A stretch of 63,389 nt of DNA, the filler included, from Octopus bimaculoides (Eukaryota), in NCBI RefSeq assembly GCF_001194135.2. It is 7 parts of 6 records of this genome, joined end to end, with 100 filler letters (N's around TTAATTAATTAA, not from the genome) between each part and the next. Parts side by side here need not be neighbours in the genome. Positions count along the whole stretch, not along the records: positions 49,791 to 57,828 come from NC_068984.1; positions 57,929 to 61,961 come from NC_068981.1; positions 62,062 to 63,389 come from NW_026432489.1; 4 more parts are not named here. The stretch is one strand, 5' to 3'. Each line of letters starts with the position of its first letter. Position 1 is the stretch's first letter. A program made the translations under genes and the position numbers. Shown here piece by piece: positions 52,981-63,389 of this stretch. Below the pieces are notes generated by a model. It worked only from the letters and a program-made list of their open reading frames with translations, searched no databases and was not told the DNA's origin.

Positions 52981-54094
52981 ACCAGTTACAAATAATGCAG
53001 AAATACTGGACCTGCTAAAGGGCTTCTATCTGATTGCTGCATCTTCCAGAAATAGTCACTGCTGTCTTAAAAAGGAAGAGTATATTGATATATTGGATAC
53101 CTGAATATACAAGAAATTGAGATGTTCATAGCTTGATTAAGGTTGACCTAAACTGTTAGTAAGGCAGAAACAATTAGTAAACACTGCAATTTACTTTTGG
53201 ACATAGCAAAGCTGAGTTTTAAAGGAAGCTGCAACTTTTTGAATATGAAAGATATTTCTGAATGAGATGGTGTATAAATATCAATGTGATAACTACCACC
53301 AAATATACATAGTTATATGTATATACTTTCCAACCACATAGTTTCTAGTTCAGTTCCACTGTGTAGCACCTTGGACAAGCGTCTTCTACTATAGCTCAGG
53401 GCTGACCAAAATCTTGTAAGTGGATTTGGTACATACATACATATATGTGTATTTGTCTCCTTGTCTTGACCTAGTGTGATAGCTGTAAATGAGTGTTACT
53501 GTCATTCAAGCAGTATAATTCATTTCCAATATTCTACAAAAACATGTCTGGCCATAGGAAAATATGAGGGTTGGTGATAGAAAGGGCATCCAGCTATAGA
53601 AAATCTGCCCAACCCATGCAAGCATGGAAAAGTAGAAATTAAAATGATAATGATGATGATTTTATATATATAATAACTATCAATGAGATGAATAGATTAA
53701 GAATACATATGCAATCTAAAATAATATATTAAATCAGATTTCATACTCACACAAACATAGCCAGCCAACCTGCTAGACATAAAACAATGGGATACCACAA
53801 AGGAAATTGGATACCATGATAGAAATAAAAGAAAAATAATAATAAAGGCGAGATAGTGGCGATGGCACCCATACATACATACTTATTGGCTATTATCTGT
53901 CACAATAAATTAAATCTAGTGCAGTTAACAGAACAATTAGAAAAGGCATAAAAGTCTCATACACATGCACAGACGCTCACCATCATCACAGCACACACTC
54001 ACACACACCATGAGTACATGAAAGCGAATACGCATACATACATTGACTTATCACCACTGCCACCACATTCATCACAACATCTAATTTATAAATA

Positions 54095-54275
54095 ACTTTG
54101 AGAAGAGGATTTTAGTAGATTACATCAACCCTGGTACCTGACTGGTACTTTTACCAATCTCAGAAGGATGAAAGGCAAAAATGACCCTGGTGGGATTTGA
54201 ACTGAGAAACTACAGAATCAGAATAAATCCCTTAATGTATTTTACTTGACGCTTTTACAATTCTGCCAGTCTACA
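54095..54275 (-). mobile_element. Diverged SINE family D
   Basis: GATTACATCAACCC...GAAGGATGAAAGGCAAAA...ATTTGAACTGAGAA. Confidence 0.6.
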
Positions 54276-55122
54276 ACCCCGTGTGTGTGTTAGGGTAGTC
54301 AATTCACGATTGTAAGGTTGTGAGTTCAGTTCCTGGCCATGCATTGTGTCCTTGAGCAGAAGATGGACGTTTTGAAAACATCACAAAATCTTTAGCTGCA
54401 AACAATTTCTATTGACATCAATGTGTTCGTATTGAAATTAGCATTTGTCAAAATCAAGTGTGGCAAACAGCGTCCATCATGTGATGTCCGGTTTCATTGA
54501 TGCTTTTCTGAAGGCGTTCTCGGAAGTTGGTCTCTACTCTCCAGCATTGCTCTGTGCATAGTCCATGAGCGTAGCTTGGGGTGGGGATAAGGGCGGTCCA
54601 CCCCAGGCGGCACTTTTCATTCTGTTGTAGGCTGGCTCCAAGCCAGAATAGATTGTATTGAAATAGTACGGTATGCGATAATTCCCGATATTATTAAAAA
54701 AAAAGCTACTGGAAATGCACAATAATTTGAAAATCTACTTCTGTATGGGAAAATTTTTAAAAAAATGTATATTGATCTCTCTCTCTCTCTCTCTCCCCCC
54801 CTCTCTCTCTCATTAAAATCAGTGGGTCATGACTCGTGAGAAACTTGATGGCCGGAGAACGTTATGCAATGTAAGTTTTGTCTTTGTTATGTTTGTTTCA
54901 CGACGTCAGAAACATTTCTATATTTCCAATGCAAGCCATACTCGTGAAGGACTTGAACCCAGAGATCTGAAAACGGTTTCTAACATAACCAGGGTTTTTG
55001 TTAAGTTTGTTTTATGTTATGAACACGTCTGTTTCTGCAATGCAATACTTAGATGGCTTGATCGGAATCAGACAGTATTTGAGCTGCATTGAATCTGTTA
55101 CTAACAGTAATAAATTACACTC

Positions 55123-55502
55123 CCATGGCGGCACTCCGTCGGTTGCGACGACAAGTGTTCCAGTTGATCCGATCAATGGAACAGCTTGCTCATGAAATTA
55201 ACGTGTAAGTGGCTGAGCACCCCACAGACTCGTGTACCGAACGTAAATCTCGGGGACATTCAGTATGACACAGTGTGTGACATGGCTGGTCCTTTGAAAT
55301 ACAGGTACAACAAAAACAAGAAGCTAAGAGTGAAAGTCGTGGTAAAAGAGTACAGCAGGGTTCGCCACCATCCCCTGCCTGAACCTCGTGGAGCTTTAGG
55401 TGTTTTTGCTCAATAAGCACTCACAATACCCTGTCTGAGAATCGAAACTGCGATCCCACGACTGCGAGTCCGCTGCCCTAACAACTGGGCCATTGCGCCT
55501 CC
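55123..55502 (-). mobile_element. SINE family E, full length
   Basis: Homologous to 38628-38936; tRNA-like head at the 55502 end. Confidence 0.85.
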
Positions 55503-55647
55503 ACACATTCCGATACAAGACGGTGTAAGGTAGGTTTTTGTAAATAGTATGTATCATACGTATTGATAAATAATGTTTTTCATGTTTTTCTTATGCAATA
55601 TGTAAAATCGGATATTTTGAGACACGTCTATGATATTATATGCACAT

Positions 55648-55860
55648 GGGCATATGGCGTACTGGTTAAGAGCGCGGGCTACTAAACCAAAAGATTTCGA
55701 GTTCGAATCCATTCAGTGACCTAACAACAACAACAACATCGAAAAATACCTTAGGAATGAGAACCCAGGTTCGAAATTTCCCCAAGACACCTGATGAAGG
55801 CTGGAGGGTATATCAGTTGAAACGTTGTGTTAACAACAGCCGTCAAATGTAAATAATGTA
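55648..55860 (+). mobile_element. SINE-like element: tRNA-like head, (AAC)n spacer, hammerhead-bearing tail
   Basis: A-box-like TGGCGTACTGGTTAAG (55655-70), B-box GTTCGAATCC (55701-10), then the hammerhead at 55786-55831. Confidence 0.65.
55786..55831 (+). ncRNA. Minimal type I hammerhead ribozyme
   Basis: GACAC, CTGATGA (55791-97), A, GGCTG...CAGTT, GAAA (55819-22), CG, TT, GTGTT. Stem III is reduced to the ACGT palindrome. Confidence 0.7.
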
Positions 55861-56096
55861 CGTCTATGGTATTTTTACCACAAATACATAATAAAGAAAT
55901 TTTTTCTATATTCTTTAGGAATATTAACTATGTACATCATGACTTCTGACTTGGTGGTGACTGTTAAACTGTGACTATTTCTTTTTTCTTTGCTTCGAGT
56001 CGCCGATCGAATTAAGAATTTTAACCAAACCGAACCTAACCTAAAATAGTATATATATAGGCGGAGGTAAAGGACATGAACCGGACCTGCTTTTGG

Positions 56097-57371
56097 TTTT
56101 AGATGGTGGTGTTCTCAGGTTATGGAGCCATCTAATGGTGACTCTGTTCAGAAGGCTGTAATATCATTTGATAAAGGAACACGATATAATGAATTCATGG
56201 AACGAGGCTGTAACTTTAAATACCTTTATTCGAGGTCTCAAACATATACAATTGAACAATAAAGGAAAGAGTTTGATGTCTTCTAGCTGGCGTTGTGTCG
56301 TACGAGAGCCAACTAGGTCATGTCTTCAAAGTCTGGTGTCTCGTCGCGAAAGAGGAAGTCCCAAGGCTTTGTATCAGCACCTAACCGCTCTTGTGCCACC
56401 TAATTGCGAGCTTGTTTAAACAGCCGCTGTCAAGGGAGGTAACCTGATGGGTTAGTTCTCCAATGGCCCGCAAGATTTCGGAGGAATGCGTGTCGTCCGG
56501 AGCAGAAGTACAAGCTCGAGAGGAGGACGAAGAAGTGCATTGAGGCAAAGGAAAAAGACTCATCTTGACGATAATAGGAAACGGAACGCCACGAAGAACA
56601 AGCTGGTTGAAAGAAACGCTGTTAGAAATAGCAGTCAAAACACCCTAACTGAAAGAAGACATGACGAGCATCGAACTAAGAATTTTTTCAGTAGCAGTGA
56701 AATGGGAGAAGTCCTTGCCAACAGATGAAGAACAAAACAATGGCCGACACATGGATAATCTGGGTAGGGTTGAGAGAGAGAAACTCATACCTGGCACATA
56801 AGAAAATTCGTTATCCATGTGAATTCCGGATAAAATTTTCTTCCTTTTGCATGCCAGAAGAAAATTTCCATGGGAAGCTGTGTCTTCGAAAGTCCAAGTT
56901 GTAAATTCAGTTACAACACGAGCAAAAAATGATTTTCCGTTCCCGTTGTAGATCTTTTAAGAACGCATTTCTAAGTCGGGTCGGTGTTCCACGTCGGGTC
57001 ACCATTTTAGATGGTGGTGTTCTCAGGTTGTGGGTCCATCAAAAGGCTGTAATGTCATTTGATAAAGGAACACGGTACAATGAATTCATAGAACGAGGCT
57101 GTAACTTTAAATACCTTTACTTGAGGTCTCAAACATATACAATTGAACAATAAAGGAAAGAGTTTGATGAATGGAGGCCATGTTTATCTTCTGTGTACTA
57201 CCTCATGTCTGCTAGCTAGCGTGTGTCGTACGAGAACCAACTAAGTCATGTCTTCACAGTCTGGTGTCTCGTCGCGAAAAAGGAAGTCTCAAGGCTTCGT
57301 GTCGGCACCTAACCGTTCTTGCGCAATCTAATTGCGAGCTTGTTTAAACAGTCGCTGTCAAGGGAGGTAAC
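56097..57371 (-). mobile_element. Internally deleted LTR retrotransposon (LTR, PBS, gag remnant, LTR); Gypsy, probably CsRn1-like
   Basis: Direct repeats at 56097-56443 and 57005-57371. TGGTGACCCGACGTGG (minus strand, 57004-56989) directly follows the upstream LTR and is complementary to the eukaryotic tRNA-Trp 3' end (CACGTCGGGGTCACCA) apart from one missing base. The interior is ~560 bp with weak gag-like translation. Confidence 0.8.
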
Positions 57372-57479
57372 TGCGCCTACACGGTTTTTTCCCTGACTTT
57401 TCTTGCGCTTCAGAAAACCTAATTTATATCATAAGATGCTCGGGCTGCCACCAAAACTACATAGGGTCCACAGGATCAT

Positions 57480-57760
57480 CGCCCAGACGCAGATGCACTC
57501 TGCATCGACAGTAGGTTGCATTCCCAGAATACAGAATGATACCCTTTAGTGAACATATTGAGAAATGCGCAAAACAAACGCTACCACAATTTATAATCCT
57601 TCCATTCTATCAATGTGCCATTGGAACACCAACACAAATTAGATTAAATAAGGAAACCTTCTTCATTGAAAAATATAAGCCAAAACTTAACCATTTCTAA
57701 CATTTTTAAATAAGGAAACTCACCTCATTGAAAAAAATTTAAAGCAAAACCTAACCACTT
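57480..57760 (+). mobile_element. Penelope-like GIY-YIG endonuclease C-terminal fragment
   Basis: PFSEHIEKCAKQTLPQFIILPFYQCAIGTPTQIRLNKETFFIEKYKPKLN*, homologous to 15780-15915; the last ~55 bp are tandemly duplicated. Confidence 0.75.
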
Positions 57761-58417
57761 GTAACATTCTATTCCTTCTAAACCAAATCATGTTAAATTA
57801 ATCAAACCCTGTCATCCCCAACATTTTTNNNNNNNNNNNNNNNNNNNNNNNNNNNNNNNNNNNNNNNNNNNNTTAATTAATTAANNNNNNNNNNNNNNNN
57901 NNNNNNNNNNNNNNNNNNNNNNNNNNNNTATATATATATATATATATGCACAGCTATGTAAGCATATGGATATGAAAATAAACAGATCAACATACAGACG
58001 GATATTTACATAAGTTATATGAACAAACAAGCATACATACGCAAAGGAAGACTGAAAAAAATGACAATATATACACACACACTTCACATCACACAAAGAC
58101 ACATATGCAGAATACAAATATACAAATGTACACACATTAATACATATGCACATGTACATCCATGCATACACATATCCATACATACATACATGCATGCATG
58201 TATAGGCGCACACAAACTCACTAATCCACACACATTCGTACAAACAAACGAAACGGAATGTAGTGTGAATAACAGACGGAGTCAAAACTATTGAAAAGGT
58301 TGCAAGATGCAACGAAAATCTTAGTAAAATATAAAAAAAATAATAAGTGGAAATTTTACTGTTGAGTGTGTTAAATTATAAGGATAAAAAAGAAAATGAC
58401 TCTCGCCAGACACAACA

Positions 58418-58452
<35 letters not shown>

Positions 58453-59206
58453 NNNNNNNNNNNNNNNNNNNNNNNNNNNNNNNNNNNNNNNNNNNNNNNN
58501 NNNNNNNNNNNNNNNNNNNNNNNNNNNNNNNNNNNNNNNNNNNNNNNNNNNNNNNNNNNNNNNNNNNNNNNNNNNNNNNNNNNNNNNNNNNNNNNNNNNN
58601 NNNNNNNNNNNNNNNNNNNNNNNNNNNNNNNNNNNNNNNNNNNNNNNNNNNNNNNNNNNNNNNNNNNNNNNNNNNNNNNNNNNNNNNNNNNNNNNNNNNN
58701 NNNNNNNNNNNNNNNNNNNNNNNNNNNNNNNNNNNNNNNNNNNNNNNNNNNNNNNNNNNNNNNNNNNNNNNNNNNNNNNNNNNNNNNNNNNNNNNNNNNN
58801 NNNNNNNNNNNNNNNNNNNNNNNNNNNNNNNNNNNNNNNNNNNNNNNNNNNNNNNNNNNNNNNAAAAACGTTTTTTCTAAAAAATGTTTTGATACGTCGA
58901 ACTATTTTTTTTTCTTTGGTAAATATATATATTTTTTAAAATTTATTTTTATGCAGCTGTCAAATTTTACTTTTACTCAGGAAAATTCTCATGAAAATAT
59001 AGAAAACAAAAGCCAAAAGGAACATATAAGCGAAATAATTTCTTACTTAATCCGAAGTCATTTATGGTAGGCAAGATTACAAAGGACTCAACTGTGTTTC
59101 ATGAATTAGGCATATGAATTATACTCGATATTTATCAGGTTCTGCTGATATTCATCTATCTGTACTTTTATGTCTACACACCCACACATACACACACACA
59201 CACACA

Positions 59207-59238
<32 letters not shown>

Positions 59239-59253
59239 TATATNNNNNNNNNN

Positions 59254-59316
<63 letters not shown>

Positions 59317-60066
59317 GTACACATCGATAAATACACACACACACATATGCACATATATCTATATATTCATTTTTGTCGACGTGTGTAGACTCACCTGGAG
59401 AACTATATGCTTCGTATTAAACAGCAGCATATATCACTTTGGTGCGTAAGTGTATCTTATCTGGGCGCGCTTTTCCATTATTTGCCAGACATTGAACACA
59501 TTTGCTTTAATTTTCTCTAAAAAATAAATTTAAAAAATGCCCGATCTTATATATTTTTCTATCTATAGCCAAACAGGAATGCGTTAAGCTGAATAGCTCA
59601 GTGACTACTGAGAAAATTTGTAGAAATACATATGAATAAAATGCAAAATATGTATTCATTGAAATTACGTTGTCTTAGGCTGAGAAGTTTAGAAAAATGC
59701 TATCTAGCAATTGCGATCAACTCCACTCAAGAAATACAGAGAATTTCACGACCGAAGAACTCTCAGATAATTATATGCTGTTAAGAAAACAATGGACTGG
59801 TTGTGTCGAGAAAGACAACAACTGAGGACAAACATTTCATCCTCGTTAATTATAATGAGCAAAGCAGATTCTCTTACCATGCATAAGCCATTAAACGAGA
59901 TATGATATTTAAAATCATGTATATATCTTGAATAGCATATGATGCTTATTTCTCATATACGTACGTGTATGCGTATATAGATATATATATACGCTTATAC
60001 TTTTACACTTATACATGAACTGACGTATAAATACATATACATACATGCATACACACACACTCGCAT

Positions 60067-60125
<59 letters not shown>

Positions 60126-60138
60126 TACATACATTCAT

Positions 60139-60175
<37 letters not shown>

Positions 60176-60299
60176 AGAACAAAGAAATAACTAAGAAATA
60201 AATGATTATCGTATCAACTTCATTAGCATACAGCTGCTTCCGCAGGAAATGCATTACCACTGTGAAAGCATATAATTGGAGAATGAAGCCTAAGAGATC

Positions 60300-60790
60300 C
60301 TCCCATAATTAGAATAAATTGTATGTTTGGCGAAATTTCGTGTGACCGTTGCAATTTGAGCTTGTCGCAGATCATCATGTTGCGAACGGTAACATTTATT
60401 CTCAATAACTGCAGTGACTGTATGATGCTTGAAAAGACTGCTACCCAGTATTAGTCAAATGAAGACGTGCTCTCCTACGGCCTAACAATTCCCCAATTCA
60501 CACTGCCAGTATTATACATCGCAAACGTGAGGAACTTGTGGAGCGGGAAATGCACCCTCGGCTTGCCTACAATCCAGATATTGAATAATTATAGCACGCC
60601 CTCTTCAAAGTCATGGTTTGTTTCAGTTACGGAAGGTATTTCCATAATATGGACGAGGTTGAAAATGGGTTCAGGGAGATTTTTGCCTTTAAACTAGTCA
60701 TAAGGTATAATCGTTGAATTCAGCTTCGGGGACAGTGATGTCAACAAACAACAGAATATGATTGGATATATTCAGCTGAACAGATGTTAA
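60300..60790 (+). mobile_element. Highly degenerate mariner transposase C-terminus
   Basis: EELVEREMHPRLAYNPDIE..HALFKVM...GRYFHNMDEVENGFREIFAFK resembles the HPxYSPDLAPSDYxLF...FxNxDEVxN...FFASK region. Confidence 0.55.
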
Positions 60791-61560
60791 CTTTATGAAT
60801 TTGATTGAATTGTTTGAATATAGATTAAGTATTGACAGAGGGAAAACATTTCTCTCAACTTGGTATATATCGAGAGAATAGAGAGAGAGAAAATCAAGAA
60901 TATATCTCAGCTGGTAATTAGTATGCACACACATATATGCACTTACATACACAAACACACACATAAATACACACACAACACACAAACCAATAAACACGCA
61001 AGCCAATAAACACACACATACACAAACCTATAGTCACACAATTCTGCATAGAATGTTGCTTATATATTTTAAATATATAGTAGGTATTTATATGGAGGCT
61101 TTTAAACAAACTTGATATTATTGTCAAATTAAGAGTAGTAACTTTTATAGCTTTTTCTGCGCTCGGGTTCTGAATATATTCCGGTTTTGTGTACCTTGAG
61201 AACATGCAGGTGGATATCGGTTTTGAAAATAGAACATACACGTCGATTTCATTAAGTGTACATGTCGAACGATCAAACAATGTCGGAAATTGTATAATCT
61301 GTCAGTGGGAACACGTCCACACATACACGCGCACACGCACGCACGCACATACACACACACATACACACATATATATAGAGAGAGTATATATGCATATACA
61401 CACATAAAGATATATATATGCGTATTTGCACATGTATATATATGTATATGAGTCTAAGCATACATACAGACATGTGTATATATATGTATATATACGTATA
61501 TGTATGTATGTATACATATATATATATGTGTGTGTGTGTGTGTGTATACATATATGTATG

Positions 61561-61633
<73 letters not shown>

Positions 61634-62861
61634 GTACCATCAAGAACGCATGTGCAAGTATGTTTGTATATGTGTCTGGGTGTGTGCATATTCTTGTGCG
61701 TGTAATCATATTTGTGGGTGTGGGTTTGTACGTGTTTCTGTGTGTTTGTTTCTGTGTGTATGTATGTGTGTGTGTGTGTTTGTGTGTATTCGTATTCACA
61801 CAGATAGATACACAATTTACGACATATTTTGATTATTCAACACGTGTAAACAAGGAAAGTAACGTGTATGTTCTACTTTGAAAGCCAATATGAAGCTTCA
61901 CACAGACACACACACACACATACACACACACACACACACATATATATATATGTAAATATATNNNNNNNNNNNNNNNNNNNNNNNNNNNNNNNNNNNNNNN
62001 NNNNNTTAATTAATTAANNNNNNNNNNNNNNNNNNNNNNNNNNNNNNNNNNNNNNNNNNNNCACTATTCTCTCTCCTACACTGTCTTGCAACACGAAATA
62101 CCTCGAGTATAAATATCATTATATATATCTTATATATATATATACATATATATATATATTAGCATGGAAAGCGGACGTTAAACGATGATGATGATGATGA
62201 TATATATACATATATGCGTGTGTCTGTATAAATATCATATATATACATACATACATATATATATTATATATGTAAATATATTATATATATATATACATTT
62301 AGTTAATTTGATGAAGTTATATCCTCATTGGGGATTATATAATCCAAGATATTCTACTGGTTTAATCCGCATCCAGGATTATTGAAAATATCAATATTGG
62401 GGAGACATGAAGAAGAAAATGGAGAATAAATGGATGTAATTAATAATTTATTTGTATGTTACAGATTTTAAAAAAAATAACATTACAAATAAACTGACTA
62501 GAAGTTGAAAGCTCAGAGGAAAATAAATTAAAATAAAAAAGAACCTACATATATGTTTCAGACCTATCACCTAGTTGATGGGAATTTTAAAACATCTTGT
62601 TTAATGCCAAGAAAGTTACCACATTCTAACTATATGGTGGTAGGATTTCTTCGGGGTTCATATGGAGCTCATTTAATTTAGGTAATCATATTCTGTTTTG
62701 AGGGAAGTAAAGAGTATTAGTGGGTTAAAGGTTAAAAGCTATGTATAGAAAGTGTTTGATTGATGGGTTTCTAATTTTTATCAATTTTCATAACTTCCTT
62801 AACTAATCAATTTATTTGTAATGTTATTATTTTTTGTAAATTGTAAGCTTTCTGTAACATA

Positions 62862-63270
62862 GGCACAGGAGTGGCTGTGTGGTAAGTAGCTTGCTTACCA
62901 AACACATGGTTCCGGGTTCATTCCCACTGCGTGGCACCTTGGATAAGTGTCTTCTACTATAGCCTCGGGCCCACCAAAGCCTTGTGAGTGAATTTGGTAG
63001 ACGGAAACTGAAAGAAGCCCGTCGTATATATGTATATATATATGTGTGTGTGTGTATATGTTTGTGTCTGTGTTTGTTCCCCCAACATCGCTTGACAGCC
63101 GATGCTGGTGTGCTTATGCCCCCATAACTTAGCGGTTCGGCAAAAAAGCCGATAGAATAAGTACTAGGCTTCCAAAGAATAAGTCCTAGGGTCGATTTGC
63201 TCAACTAAAAGGCGGTGCTCCAGCATGGCCACAGTCAGATGACTGAAACAAGTAAAAGAGTAAAAGAGAG
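62862..63270 (+). mobile_element. SINE family C (CORE-like), full length
   Basis: tRNA-like head GGCACAGGAGTGGCTGTGTGGTAAG...GGTTCATTCCC, CORE-like CCTTGG.(C/T)AAGT, internal TA/TG microsatellite and a (GTAAAAGA) tail. It may correspond to the described octopus OR-type CORE-SINEs (not verified). Confidence 0.85.
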
Positions 63271-63335
63271 AGTATACAAATAAATTACTAATTACATCGA
63301 TTTATTCTCCATTTTCTTCTTGTTTTCCCCAATAC

Positions 63336-63379
<44 letters not shown>

Positions 63380-63389
63380 TTATTAATAT

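Larger units (their letters stand above)
29135..62061. other. Six 100-bp scaffold joins containing the artificial linker TTAATTAATTAA
   Basis: Linkers at 29179, 34879, 40678, 49735, 57873 and 62006, each flanked by runs of ~44 N; they provide stops in all six frames. Confidence 0.95.

Noticed and set aside
29179-62017. TTAATTAATTAA repeated six times at regular-looking positions
   Set aside because: Always centred in a 100-bp N block, so it is an artificial scaffold linker.

Overview
Repeat-dominated, AT- and microsatellite-rich animal genomic DNA with many assembly gaps. It is most likely a cephalopod (Octopus-like); this is inferred from the SINE families, the (TA)n/(CA)n/(TAA)n/(GAT)n load and the scaffold linkers. 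I could not identify any intact host protein-coding gene, and most long entries in the ORF track are microsatellite or N-gap artefacts. The window is a layered fossil record of mobile DNA: RTE LINE pieces and many RTE-type 3' tails, R4/Dong-type RLE retrotransposons lying in (TAA)n tracts, Penelope-like (GIY-YIG) elements, Gypsy integrase remnants, two solo LTRs, an internally deleted LTR element with a tRNA-Trp primer site, hAT, mariner and DD37D Tc1/mariner transposons, and several tRNA-derived SINE families. The most notable signal is not in the ORF track: five sequence-unrelated type I hammerhead ribozyme motifs with palindromic stem III, at about 6.7, 10.8, 29.2, 40.8 and 55.8 kb. The 40.8 kb copy looks fully intact (GUC cleavage site), and the 55.8 kb copy is fused behind a tRNA-like Pol III head. 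A few weak candidate host exons and a promoter-like patch are reported at low confidence.
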